Part shown: in pieces, positions 49,437-59,338 of the stretch
How the letters are laid out: each line of letters begins with the position of its first letter
Position numbering within the stretch: the stretch's first letter is position 1
Assembly: GCA_013178015.1 (NCBI GenBank)
Contig: JABLXR010000014.1
Span: forward strand, 13,737-77,736
Reading direction: 5' to 3'
Length of the DNA: 64,000 nucleotides
DNA from: Anaerolineae bacterium
GTDB lineage: Bacteria > Chloroflexota > Anaerolineae > DRVO01
The notes under the pieces: generated by a model
The model's database searches: none
What the model was told of the DNA's origin: nothing
Seen by the model: the letters and a program-made list of their open reading frames with translations, nothing else
Position numbers and translations under genes: made by a program

Positions 49437-51137
49437 GTGCGAGCCAACAAGCGAGGCCCGGCCTTTAGGCGCTGGCGTGAGGTTCAGGCTGTGCTACTGC
49501 GCTATGGCTTTGAGAGCCTGATCGAGAAAGACAGGATTAGGACGGCCAGGCAGTGGCTGGAGAAGGAGCTACATCTGCGTCCGGCCGACATCGAAGGCCG
49601 CAGCGCCCCCGAGCGGGCCCGCCTGATGCTGGAGGAGCTTGGCGTCAGCTACGTCAAGTTGGGACAGATCATGGCCAGCCGCTCCGACCTTCTGCCCGCC
49701 GAGTGGGTGAGCGAGTTATCCAGGCTGCAGGACGACGTCGCCCCCTTCCCCTACGAGCAAGTGCGCCAGATCATCGTCGACGAGTTGGGCGCGCCGCCGG
49801 AGGAGTTATTCGCCCGCTTTGAGGAACAGCCTCTGGCAGCCGCTTCCATCGGCCAGGTGCACCGAGCCCTCCTACCAGCCCGCCGGCCGGTGGTGGTGAA
49901 GATCCAGCGCCCCGGCATCGAGCCGCAGATCCGGGCCGACCTGGAGATGCTGCGCAGGGTCGCCCGCCTGGCAGAGGCGCGTACGGCCTGGGGGCGCGAG
50001 TCGGACGCGGTGAGCATAGCCGAGGAATTCGCCCGCTCCCTGCTCGATGAGCTCGACTACATCAACGAAGGGCGCAACGCCGAGCGCCTGCGACACAACC
50101 TGGCGGCGCTGCCGCAGGTGCACGTGCCCGCCATCTATTGGGAGCTGACCACCTCGCGCGTGCTGACGATGGAGCGGGTATCGGGGATCAGAATCGACGA
50201 CCTCGAGGCGCTTGATCAGGCAGGGATCGATCGCGCCACTCTCGCCGACCGGTTCATCCGCAGCATGTTTCAGCAATCGCTCGTTGACGGCTTCTTCCAC
50301 GCCGATCCGCACCCCGGTAATGTGCTGGTCAACCCCGAGACAGGTGACCTCACCTACATTGACCTGGGCATGATGGGGACGCTGATGGAGGAGCAGCGAG
50401 AGCTGCTGGGCGACATGCTCGTGGCCGCGGTACAGCGCGACAGCCGAGAGGTAGTCCGCATCGCGCTAGAGATCGGCACGTCCACCGGTGAAGTGCAGGA
50501 GCCGGCGCTGCGCCGGGACGTCGACCGCCTCCTGAACCGATACCTTACAACCGGGCTGGCGGATATCGCCCTGACGAGTACCTTGGGCGACGTGATGGAC
50601 GCTATCAGCAAGGCCGGCATCCGTCTGCCGAGCGACCTGACGCTGGCTTCCAAGGCGATGGTCCAGGCAGAAGCCATCGCGCGCAAGCTAGACCCTGAGC
50701 TCAAAGTTGTCGAGATTGCCGAGGCAGCCATCGAGCAGGCCGCCGCGCACCGCTTCGAGGCGCGGACGGTGATGACGCAGCTGTCACGGGACGCGCGCGA
50801 TGCGGTGCGCCTGGCGAGGTCGCTTCCCCGGGTCATGGACCGGCTGTTGCACCAGATCGAGAGTGGGGCAGTGCAGGTGCATCTAGATGCCCCCGGCTGG
50901 AAGGACCAAGTGCGCCACTTGTCCACCATCGCTAACCGCCTCACGGCCGGGCTGGTGGTTATCGGGATGGCCGTTGGCTCGGCGATTGCGATGGGGGTTT
51001 CTCCCCAGGAGTCGTGGTCATTCATTCCAGTGCTGGGCGCGCTTGGCTTCAGCCTGTCGACAGCCCTCGGCGGCGTCTTGGTGTGGAGCGTGCTGCGGGA
51101 TATGTGGCGGACGGGCCGCCAGAGGGATGGCGGGTAG
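49437..51137 (+). CDS. ABC1/AarF/UbiB family atypical protein kinase
   Basis: YVKLGQ, AAASIGQVHRA, VVVKIQRP, ELDY..EG.N, FFHADPHPGN, IDLGMMG; C-terminal TM pair. Confidence 0.93.
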   Translation: MRANKRGPAFRRWREVQAVLLRYGFESLIEKDRIRTARQWLEKELHLRPADIEGRSAPERARLMLEELGVSYVKLGQIMASRSDLLPAEWVSELSRLQDDVAPFPYEQVRQIIVDELGAPPEELFARFEEQPLAAASIGQVHRALLPARRPVVVKIQRPGIEPQIRADLEMLRRVARLAEARTAWGRESDAVSIAEEFARSLLDELDYINEGRNAERLRHNLAALPQVHVPAIYWELTTSRVLTMERVSGIRIDDLEALDQAGIDRATLADRFIRSMFQQSLVDGFFHADPHPGNVLVNPETGDLTYIDLGMMGTLMEEQRELLGDMLVAAVQRDSREVVRIALEIGTSTGEVQEPALRRDVDRLLNRYLTTGLADIALTSTLGDVMDAISKAGIRLPSDLTLASKAMVQAEAIARKLDPELKVVEIAEAAIEQAAAHRFEARTVMTQLSRDARDAVRLARSLPRVMDRLLHQIESGAVQVHLDAPGWKDQVRHLSTIANRLTAGLVVIGMAVGSAIAMGVSPQESWSFIPVLGALGFSLSTALGGVLVWSVLRDMWRTGRQRDGG

Positions 51138-51455
51138 CAGCCTGGCGGAAGCGTGGTGGCCTGGCGCCGGTTTGCCGGCCCATCCACCTCCTGAAAGTGA
51201 CCACCTCGCCCCGCATCAGGGTGGCATCCGCCGCCTGCTCGATCAAGTGCGCCGAAAGATGCGGACGCAGAATCACGTCCGGGGACGCTGGTGGCGAGGA
51301 GAGCTTGGTCGCCGGCGGCTCGGTGGGCATGACCCGCTCATCGCCTATGGAACGTTGCCTCATCGCTTAGCAGGTACGGCTTCAGGACCGAGTATGGTGT
51401 CGCGCTCAGCTCGCCACACCGCTGTCACTGGCCCGCGCTCGAGGGAGAGACTACA

Positions 51456-52220
51456 ATGCCGCCGACAAGAGCGCGGGAGGGTGAGTTGGCGCCATCGCTG
51501 CGGGGCGTGACTTTCGACTGGTGGGGGACGCTGTATCAGCATCGGGAGGCGCGCCGCCGCCGGGTGCAGAAGATCCTCGAAGTGCTGGCCGCTCACGGCG
51601 TTCCGGTGTCACAGGATGAGGTGGAAGCGGCCTATCTGGTGGCAGCCGAGACCTTCGACCGAGAGTGGCGCGCCGGCCGCGCCTACTCACCCGAGAGGTG
51701 GCTGGATGAGATCCTGACCCAGGTGGACGCCGACATCCCCGAGTCCGAGTGCCTGATGCTGCGCCGCTTCATGGAAGAGGCCATGCTCGACCACCCACCC
51801 GAGATGGTGCCCGGTGCCCGCGATCTACTCCACGACCTGCACGCTGCCGGGGTGAAGCTGGGGCTCATCTCCGACACCGGGCTGACGGTGGGAAGGGTGA
51901 TGCGCACCATCCTGGACCGGGACGGCGTGCTGACCTTCTTCCAGGGCCTGGCCTTCTCGGACGAGGTGGGTGTGACCAAACCCAACCCGCTGACATTCCG
52001 GCGGGCTCTGGAAGGCATGGGGGTCGCGCCTGCCGAGGCGGTGCACGTCGGCGACCTGCCCTTCACCGACGTTCGAGGGGCGAAGGAGCTGGGCATGCGA
52101 GCGGTGCTGATCACGGGGGTCACCGGGCTGCCGGACGATGGTCAGGCGGACGCAGTGGTGAAGGACTTCGCCGAGCTGAGGGAGCTGTTTAGGGCGTGGC
52201 GGCTCCTGCCGCCTGGCTAG
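51456..52220 (+). CDS. HAD superfamily hydrolase
   Basis: FDWWGTL, LISDT, GVTKP, VHVGD...DV.GA. Confidence 0.9.
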   Translation: MPPTRAREGELAPSLRGVTFDWWGTLYQHREARRRRVQKILEVLAAHGVPVSQDEVEAAYLVAAETFDREWRAGRAYSPERWLDEILTQVDADIPESECLMLRRFMEEAMLDHPPEMVPGARDLLHDLHAAGVKLGLISDTGLTVGRVMRTILDRDGVLTFFQGLAFSDEVGVTKPNPLTFRRALEGMGVAPAEAVHVGDLPFTDVRGAKELGMRAVLITGVTGLPDDGQADAVVKDFAELRELFRAWRLLPPG

Positions 52221-53665
52221 CGGGGGGTGACGCCCCAGGAATCGGCCAAGGCGATGCCCGGAGGGCCCACCAGGCGCGCCAGGGCGACGGCCACCTGGGC
52301 CGAGCTGAGATAGCCAAAGGCGCCCTCCTCTTGCAGCGCTCGCAAGGTGGCCATCAGGCCCGTCTCGCCCAATAGCAGTTCCAGGTCGCGCCAGAACAGG
52401 GGGCCCTGGGAGTGCACCAGGAGCTCGTAGCGGGCCGAGTTGCCGTAGGCGGAGAGAGGCTGAGCGAGGGGGGCTAGCTGTCCGGTAGTGATGGCGGTCT
52501 GGTAGGCGTCTTCCCAGCCGCGCAGCAGGGCCTGCGTCCCGCCGGTACCGGAGACGTGGCGCAGGAACAGATAGGCTGTGTAGGAGGCCAGGCTCTCGTC
52601 TATCCAGGGGTCGCGCAGGGGGTCACTGGCGACGCGTCGACTCCACCATTCTCGGGCCACCTGAAGGGCTACCGCTTGGCGGGAGTCGGCCCGGCTTTCG
52701 GCGTAGTAGCGCCGGTGCAGCAGGAGTAACCCTGATAGGTGCACTTCTGCCCGCTCCAGGGGCACCTGAACCAGGGCCAGCTCGGTGGCCATATAGGGGC
52801 TGAGGTTCTCCTCGCAGTAGGCCAGGGCAGCAGCGGCGTAGCTAAGGATGGCCTGGGAAGCGGTGGCATCCTCGGCCGGTGCATAGCTGGTCAGGCGGAC
52901 GGAGCCGGCGTGCAACTCGTGGGCCCGATAGCCTTGGGCGGCGACGATTCCCACGGTACGGGCCAGCCCCACCACGAACTCGCGCCTAGTGCCTGCCTCG
53001 GCCGGGCCTTGGCCCACCAGCACCCCGGGAGCGACGACGAGGTAGTGGTCTGGGGCAGTCACCTCGAGGCGATAGAGAGAGGCCTCTGCGAAGGCGGCAT
53101 CGCCATATCCCGGCGAAGCGTCCAGCCGCCACTCACCCTCTATGAGAGGGGCGACCACGGGGTAGCATTCGGGGAGGATGATGACTCCGTCGCGGGCGCC
53201 GAAGAAATCGTACTCGCCCTTGGCCTCGGGGTACGACAGAGAGAAGTCTATCACCAGGGTGGCCGCTCGTCCTGAGGGCAGGGTGCGGGGCAGAGGGATC
53301 TTGAGGTCAGTGCCCTTGGCCGTCTCCACGAAGGGGACATCGTGTCCGTCTACCGACGCGCGGAGCACGCTCATCCGACCGCCATACATGCGCATGTTGG
53401 GGTAGAGCCTGAGGTAGACTTCCCGCAACTCCCCAGGTGCCCGGTTGACGTAACGTATAGTAGCCCGACCCGCCACGGTGGACGTCTCCGGGTTGAGGAT
53501 CAGGGACAGGTGATAGCGCGGGAAGCGGTCCAGGGAGCTGATGTCGGAGGTGACGCTCTCGGGGAGGGCGACGGCGAAGGGCTCCAGCGAGGCCGGCTCG
53601 GCGGTCTGGGCGCAGCCGGCTAGGCAGAGAGTGATGAGGAGAGCTAGGAGGCGGCAGAATCTCAA
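52217..53665 (-). CDS. M1 aminopeptidase-like lipoprotein lacking the HEXXH motif
   Basis: TTG start with GAGGT SD; lipobox CLAGC; M1 fold motifs LRE.YLRLYPN and PWIDESLASY; LQVAR in place of HEXXH. Confidence 0.75.
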   Translation of the reverse strand: MRFCRLLALLITLCLAGCAQTAEPASLEPFAVALPESVTSDISSLDRFPRYHLSLILNPETSTVAGRATIRYVNRAPGELREVYLRLYPNMRMYGGRMSVLRASVDGHDVPFVETAKGTDLKIPLPRTLPSGRAATLVIDFSLSYPEAKGEYDFFGARDGVIILPECYPVVAPLIEGEWRLDASPGYGDAAFAEASLYRLEVTAPDHYLVVAPGVLVGQGPAEAGTRREFVVGLARTVGIVAAQGYRAHELHAGSVRLTSYAPAEDATASQAILSYAAAALAYCEENLSPYMATELALVQVPLERAEVHLSGLLLLHRRYYAESRADSRQAVALQVAREWWSRRVASDPLRDPWIDESLASYTAYLFLRHVSGTGGTQALLRGWEDAYQTAITTGQLAPLAQPLSAYGNSARYELLVHSQGPLFWRDLELLLGETGLMATLRALQEEGAFGYLSSAQVAVALARLVGPPGIALADSWGVTPR

Positions 53666-53792
53666 TTGGCTACCTCGAGGTGGCGGACGGTGCATGGCAG
53701 CATCGGAGCAGGTTGAGGCGACACCTCGACCGGGCGGGTGCTCCAGACATGAGGTCGATGCAATTCACGGGCCAGCGGGTGATAGGCTGCGG

Positions 53793-54626
53793 ATGCGCGA
53801 GCGAGCTAGCCTGGGCTCTGCCGATGGTGCCGCAACCGCCCTGGAGTGTCCTGAGGGCGGTACTGAGCGGCAGCTCCGGTCGACCAAGTCTCGGTTCGAT
53901 ATCGGGTGGTTGGCACTGGTGTTGCTGGTGAGCACGCTAGTCCTGGTGAATGGCGCCTGCAGCCCCAAGGCAGACGTGGCCACCATAGGTGGGAACCGGA
54001 CTGGGACGGCATCGGCAGCCGCCGCCTGCACCGTCGAGGGAATCTGCGTGCACGAGCGTTTCCTGGCCTTCTATCGAGAGCACGGCTGGCTCATCGGGCC
54101 GCCAATCGCCCAGCCGGACACCTACCGGGAGCGCCTGGTGCAATACTTCGAGGCCGGACGGCTGGAGTACGTTCCCGAAAACCCTCCCGGCTATGAGATC
54201 GGTCTGGCCTACCTGGCCGAGGAGACTTGCGGCCGCCAGCCCCCTCTTCATTACAGCCAGGTCCCCTCGGCGCTAGATGCCGAGGCGGAGTACTACCCGG
54301 AGACCGGGCACAGCTTGAGGGGGCAGTTCCTGCTTTTCGTGCGGGAGAACGGAGGCGTTGACCTGTTCGGGCCGCCCATCTCGGAGCAGCGGCAGGTGGG
54401 CGGCGAGGCAGTACAGGACTTCGTCCGAGTCCAGCTCAGGCAGGCCGAGGATGGCACTTTCTACCTGGCCCCGCTGGGGCGGCTGGTTATGGAGAGGACA
54501 GAACCCCCGCCGGGGCTGTGCCCATCAGTCCCACCCGATGATCCATACACACAGCCCGGCCAACCCGATGGTGGCCAGGATGATGGCGGCGAACTGACCG
54601 GGGAGCAGCCCCACATCGCGGGCTGA
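53793..54626 (+). CDS. Lipoprotein with Chloroflexota-type cell-surface repeat domain
   Basis: Signal peptide and lipobox (LVLVNGAC); F.AFY..HG..IG.PI...VQYFE.GRLEY; YYPETGHSL; LFGPPISE. Start uncertain. Confidence 0.7.
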   Translation: MRERASLGSADGAATALECPEGGTERQLRSTKSRFDIGWLALVLLVSTLVLVNGACSPKADVATIGGNRTGTASAAAACTVEGICVHERFLAFYREHGWLIGPPIAQPDTYRERLVQYFEAGRLEYVPENPPGYEIGLAYLAEETCGRQPPLHYSQVPSALDAEAEYYPETGHSLRGQFLLFVRENGGVDLFGPPISEQRQVGGEAVQDFVRVQLRQAEDGTFYLAPLGRLVMERTEPPPGLCPSVPPDDPYTQPGQPDGGQDDGGELTGEQPHIAG

Positions 54627-54773
54627 CCAGATCACCATGACCACCATCACTACCGCGAGCACCGCCCATGCCGCCAGCTGCGGATGTCTGCTGGCGAACC
54701 CCCGCAGACCACCGGATGCTCTCTCGTCATCGGGATCTGCGGCAGTAGAGCGCTTCTCCTGGCTCTCCTCCAT
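54525..54773 (-). CDS. Small 2-TM membrane protein
   Basis: 82 aa; GGAGG SD; two hydrophobic helices; directly downstream of coaE. Confidence 0.7.
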   Translation of the reverse strand: MEESQEKRSTAADPDDERASGGLRGFASRHPQLAAWAVLAVVMVVMVIWSARDVGLLPGQFAAIILATIGLAGLCVWIIGWD

Positions 54774-55644
54774 CGCGACATGCCTCCACGTACCCCATTC
54801 CCTGCAGGAACTGACAGTAACCGGTGCGCTGGGGCACGAGCAAACCGGGCGGCGGCTTGTTTTCGTGGGCGGCCTCGGCTTCCAGCGCGGCTATTAAGGG
54901 CCGCAGCAGGCGCGGCATGCGGGTGGACGCCGGCGCCAGCAGCCGCCAGCGGTCGGCACCGGCCGGCACGGCGACTGCCTGGTACGCGCCCTCCCGGACG
55001 AACCAGGCGCCGTGGCTGTGATAGGGTCTACCAGGTCCAGCGCCCTGCCCAGGAGCCTGACCATCCACGATGTTCCTCCACTCGGCATCCACCAGGTCCA
55101 GCAGCGCCGCCTGGGTGCCCTCGTTCACCAGAAGCACGTCAGCCCGACATACCTTGGCACCGGGGTGTGGCTGGGCCTGGATCCGGGCCCGCGCCTCTTT
55201 GGGGGAAAGGCCTCGGTCGCGCACCAACCGCTTCAGCTGGTGCTTGGGGCTGCAGGCAGTGACCCAGAGGGCGTGGCACCGCTCGGACAGGCCCGACTCG
55301 ATGAGCTTGATGGCCTCTACCACCGCCACGGTGGCGTTGCTGCCCTCCAGGAGCGACTCGACCCGCTCCACAACGCGGGGATGCACGATCCTCTCGAGCG
55401 CCTGGAGCTCCTCCGGGTCAGAGAAGACCACCTGTGCGAGAGCGGCCCGCCGGATCTCTCCGTGCTCGTCGAGAATGCTCTCGCCGAAGTGCTCGCGAAT
55501 GTCGGCCCAGGCGGGTTGGCCCCGTTCCATGACCTCGTGGGCCACCTGGTCCGCGTCAACGCAGAAGGCGCCGTGTTCGGCCAGCCGGCGGAGAACTAGC
55601 GTCTTGCCAGTGGCTATGTTGCCGGTGAGGCCGATGCGGTACAT
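54727..55644 (-). CDS. coaE: Dephospho-CoA kinase with C-terminal extension
   Basis: IGLTGNIATGKT P-loop, DAD.VAH, LERIVHP, EAIKLIE; ATGA-coupled to the ABC-F gene. Confidence 0.93.
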   Translation of the reverse strand: MYRIGLTGNIATGKTLVLRRLAEHGAFCVDADQVAHEVMERGQPAWADIREHFGESILDEHGEIRRAALAQVVFSDPEELQALERIVHPRVVERVESLLEGSNATVAVVEAIKLIESGLSERCHALWVTACSPKHQLKRLVRDRGLSPKEARARIQAQPHPGAKVCRADVLLVNEGTQAALLDLVDAEWRNIVDGQAPGQGAGPGRPYHSHGAWFVREGAYQAVAVPAGADRWRLLAPASTRMPRLLRPLIAALEAEAAHENKPPPGLLVPQRTGYCQFLQGMGYVEACRDGGEPGEALYCRRSR

Positions 55645-57515
55645 CAGGCCACTTCTTCCCAGGAGCGCAAGGCACGTGCTAGCGCCTGAGAGACGGCCTC
55701 ATGGTCAGTACCTAGCTCGCGCAAGGTGTCCCAGTCCTCCTGCTCGGCCGCCTCGGCGAGCTGGGCCTCCAGGGCAGCCAGCCTCTGCTCCATCTCCTCG
55801 ATCTCGGCTTCCAGCCGGACCCGCCGCTCCTGTCGCCGCCGCTGCTCCCGTTGAGCGGCGCGGGCCTCAGGGGTAGAGCGGGGAGAGGGCCGGCGCTGCG
55901 CCGTTTCGCGCTTCTCCCGCTCGCGGCCCTGGGCCGCTTTCGCTGCAGTGTATGCACTGTAGTCCCCGGGGTAGGCAACCAGCCGGCCGGACTCGATGGC
56001 CCAGACCTGGGTGGCCAGTGAGTCTATGAAGTAGCGGTCGTGAGAGACGAAGAGGATGGTGCCGTCGTATTCGCTCAGCACGGACTCCAGAACATCGCGG
56101 GACAGCATGTCGAGCTGGTTGGTGGGCTCGTCTAGGACCAGGAAGTTGGTCCCTTGAAGGGTAAGCTTGGCCAGGGCCAGGCGGCTGCGCTCGCCCCCAC
56201 TCAAGTCGCCCACGCGCTTGAAGGGGTCGTCTTCTGTGAATAGAAAGAGGGCCAGATGGTCGCGGGCTTCGGGCAGGCTGAGTTCCCTGACCGACAGCAT
56301 CTCCTCGACCAGAGTACGGCCCGGATGGAGCTCATCTTGGGCCTGAGAGAGGTAGCCGGGCAGGACATTGTGCCCCAACATGAGCCGACCGGCCAGCGGC
56401 TCTAGCTCGCCCAGGGCTGTGCGCAGGAAGGTGGTCTTGCCCGATCCGTTCGGTCCCACCAGGGCCGCCCTTTCTCCCCGCAGCAGAATCAGGTCTTCGA
56501 TCGTGAATAGAGGGCGGCCTTTCGCATAACCGACGGCCAGGTCGTGCGCTTCCAGGACGACCCAGCCGCCTCGGGCGGCCGCCTTAAGGTTGACCCGCAT
56601 GGCGCGCTGCTGACTGGGGAGCTCGATGCGCTCCAGGCGATCCAGCCGCTTCTGTCGTCCCCGAGCCTCCCGGTACCGCTGCCCGGCCTTGTACCGACGG
56701 ATGAAGGCTTCGGTGGCGCGGATGTGTTCCTGCTGCCTCTCGTACTCCCGCCGAAGGTGCTCCAGCCGCTGGGCCTTCTGAGCCTCGTAGGCACTGTAGT
56801 TGCCCCGGTAGCGATCCAGTCCCTCGGGGGTGAGCTCCCATATGGTACCCGCGACGGCATCCAGGAAGTAGCGGTCGTGGGAGACGGCTACGATGGAGCC
56901 CTCCCACGACTGGAGGAAGGACTCCAGCCAGGCGAGAGCTTCTAGGTCCAGGTGGTTGGTGGGCTCGTCCAGAAGCAGGACGTCGGGCCGCTGTAAGAGG
57001 AGCTGGGCCAGGCGGGCCCGGGTGTGCTGGCCTCCGCTCAGTTGGGACACGGGGCAGTTCAGGCTGTCGCCCAGCCCCAAGCCCTCCAGCGTCTGCCGGG
57101 CGCGCCACTCGTGGTCGTAGCCGCCCGCAGCCTGGTACCGGTGCTCGCAGTCCTCGTAGCGGCGCCAGAGAGCCGGGTCGTCACTCTCGGCAATGGCAGC
57201 CTCCAGCCGCCGCAGTTCCTCCTCGAGGGAGCGCAGAGACCCCAGCGCCGAGAGGGTAGCCTCCCACAGGGTGCAGTCTCCCTCGATCTGGGCATCCTGG
57301 GCCAGGTACCCCAGGCTTATGCTGGAGGCCCGATGCAGGCTGCCCTCGGTGGGCACCTCCTGGCCGGCGATGATGCGAAGCAGCGTGGTCTTGCCCACCC
57401 CGTTGGGCCCGATCAGGCCGGCTTTCTCGCCTCGGGCCAGGGAGAAGGAGACCGATCTGAAGACGTCTTGGGCCCCGTAGTACTTGGCCAGGCCGCTTCC
57501 AGAAACGACGGACAT
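55644..57515 (-). CDS. ABC-F family ATP-binding protein
   Basis: Two ABC cassettes (GPNGVGKT/LSGGQ/LLLDEPTNHLD; GPNGSGKT/LSGGE/LVLDEPTNQLD), no TM domain, C-terminal coiled coil. Confidence 0.95.
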   Translation of the reverse strand: MSVVSGSGLAKYYGAQDVFRSVSFSLARGEKAGLIGPNGVGKTTLLRIIAGQEVPTEGSLHRASSISLGYLAQDAQIEGDCTLWEATLSALGSLRSLEEELRRLEAAIAESDDPALWRRYEDCEHRYQAAGGYDHEWRARQTLEGLGLGDSLNCPVSQLSGGQHTRARLAQLLLQRPDVLLLDEPTNHLDLEALAWLESFLQSWEGSIVAVSHDRYFLDAVAGTIWELTPEGLDRYRGNYSAYEAQKAQRLEHLRREYERQQEHIRATEAFIRRYKAGQRYREARGRQKRLDRLERIELPSQQRAMRVNLKAAARGGWVVLEAHDLAVGYAKGRPLFTIEDLILLRGERAALVGPNGSGKTTFLRTALGELEPLAGRLMLGHNVLPGYLSQAQDELHPGRTLVEEMLSVRELSLPEARDHLALFLFTEDDPFKRVGDLSGGERSRLALAKLTLQGTNFLVLDEPTNQLDMLSRDVLESVLSEYDGTILFVSHDRYFIDSLATQVWAIESGRLVAYPGDYSAYTAAKAAQGREREKRETAQRRPSPRSTPEARAAQREQRRRQERRVRLEAEIEEMEQRLAALEAQLAEAAEQEDWDTLRELGTDHEAVSQALARALRSWEEVA

Positions 57516-57532
57516 GAGACCTACCGGCAGCT

Positions 57533-57594
57533 CAGTGGATAGTGGTGAGTGGAGAGTGGCCCGGAGGGGCGGCCGTGTCGCTAGCCACCGGCCA
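57533..57594. repeat. Degenerate heptamer (AGTGGNN) tandem/inverted repeat
   Basis: cAGTGGat AGTGGtg AGTGGag AGTGGcc ... ctagCCACcggCCACT. Confidence 0.55.
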
Positions 57595-58995
57595 CTATAC
57601 CACTACTACATCTATGCCGACGAACTGCCCGAACTGGGCCAGCTCCGCGGTAACATCGCCGTGAATCATGCTGGCGTGGTGGATGAAGCCCTCGCTGACC
57701 AGGGTTCGATACAGGCGGTCCAAATCCTCTACCTGGACCCAGGACCAGGAGCCCCGCAGGTTGCGGTCGTCTGGGATCACCTCGCCCTTAGTGATGAGCA
57801 TTTTGAACTGGTTGTCGTACTCGACCAGGCGGCTCAACGTAACGGTGCCTTCGCGAAGCTGGAATTCGCCTGTCCCTTCGCCGGCGCTACCCTCAAACTG
57901 GCCGCCCAGGATGCTGTGCTGACGCACGTTGACCCGACACCCGGGTGCGGCGAGGCACTGAGGGGCGTTGCCGCAGTGCCAGGCAAAGAACACGTTCTCC
58001 TTCTCCTGGTGCTGGATGGTCCAGTCTATGAAGTGGGGCACGCTGGCCCGCCGGGTGGCCTCGTACTGGGCCAGCATAGTGAGGGCGCCGTAGATGTCCA
58101 CTTCGCAGGCAGTCATGATTCCCCGCTCGGTCAGTCGACCCATGGCTAGACAGGGCGTGACCCCGTAGTCGGCCTGGATGACATCCCAACACTGCAGCCC
58201 CATGGCTGAGAGACCTTTCTCCCTGGCGAAGCTGACGAGGGCATGCTCCAGCTTGGCCAGTCGGGCCAGGGTGGTGTCGCTCACTTCGGTCGTGGAGGAG
58301 CGCTCGCGTATGTCGGCGATCACCGCCAGCACATCGGGGTGGTCGTCGGGCAGCGCCCGGGCGGCGTTGAAGATGGCGGGAAGGGCGACGGGGACTAGGC
58401 GCTGGCCGAAGCTCTGTATCATGGCCACCTCGTCGCAGGCGCAGGTCTCGAACCGCTCCGGCCGAGGGCCCACCAGGCCCACACGGGCTCCGAGGAAGTG
58501 GCTCACGGTGTTGCAGGTGGCGGCAAAGCGATTCAGTTCAGCGGTGAACTTCTCTTCCTCGGGGAAGACGATGCCGGCGAAGGCGAACGGTATCCGGCGG
58601 CGGTATAGCCCCGAGGAGATGGACAGAGTGCCGCAGAATGAATCGGAGCGCCGTCCACCGTCAGGCAGGAACTCACCTTCTTTGGTCCCGAACAACAGGA
58701 CAGGCAAGCCGGGGAGGTATTGGGCCACCGCCACTGCCGAAACTTCGTCGCCGAAGGTCATGGCGCCGATGACGATGCCCTGAACGCGCTCGCGCCGGAA
58801 CAGCTCGATCACCCGATCGGCATCGGCGTCATCGCGAACCAGGCCGCCCTGGGTCAACTCCTCGCCGGGAGTGACGAACTCCACGTCGGGGATGCGTGCC
58901 ATGACTTCCAGGCAGCGACGACGCATGTCTTTGGCCCAGCCCTCGTCGAAGGGGACCCTATGCGCCGGGACGAAGCCCAGTTTCACCTTTTGCAT
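57595..58995 (-). CDS. L-fucose/L-arabinose isomerase family protein
   Basis: MTFGDE, RSDSFCG, LQCW, ACEVDIYGA, WHCGNAP, GFIHH; CAGGAGG SD; TACAAT -10 at 59020-25. Confidence 0.88.
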   Translation of the reverse strand: MQKVKLGFVPAHRVPFDEGWAKDMRRRCLEVMARIPDVEFVTPGEELTQGGLVRDDADADRVIELFRRERVQGIVIGAMTFGDEVSAVAVAQYLPGLPVLLFGTKEGEFLPDGGRRSDSFCGTLSISSGLYRRRIPFAFAGIVFPEEEKFTAELNRFAATCNTVSHFLGARVGLVGPRPERFETCACDEVAMIQSFGQRLVPVALPAIFNAARALPDDHPDVLAVIADIRERSSTTEVSDTTLARLAKLEHALVSFAREKGLSAMGLQCWDVIQADYGVTPCLAMGRLTERGIMTACEVDIYGALTMLAQYEATRRASVPHFIDWTIQHQEKENVFFAWHCGNAPQCLAAPGCRVNVRQHSILGGQFEGSAGEGTGEFQLREGTVTLSRLVEYDNQFKMLITKGEVIPDDRNLRGSWSWVQVEDLDRLYRTLVSEGFIHHASMIHGDVTAELAQFGQFVGIDVVVV

Positions 58996-59027
58996 ATCAG
59001 CCTCCTGTCTACGCCCGCGATTGTAGC

Positions 59028-59338
59028 AGCTCAGAATCGGGGGACACATGCCGGCCAGCGCTGTCGCTCAAGGCCTTCGCTGCGCTTGGACTACGCGAGC
59101 CAGCCCCGACTGCACCACAGCCACACCCTCCTTCGAGGAGGGCGCGCGCCCACGCGCGCCATGCCTCCAAGTGCCTACCGCGCCTGGAGGCGCGGACTCC
59201 TCAGGAGGAGGCTGGAACGTACCAGGATGCTGGCGCCTTGCCCTCCTAGCCGGCCGAAGAGCCTGCCGCAAGAGCCTGTGAGGAAACCACTTGCGCGCGA
59301 CTGCCGGCTGAACACGGCCAACCCCTCGATCCTGAGCT
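59028..59338. mobile_element. ~311-bp MITE-like element, copy 2
   Basis: Ends AGCTCAGAATCGGGGG ... CCCCTCGATCCTGAGCT; colinear homolog of 26417-26728. Confidence 0.8.
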
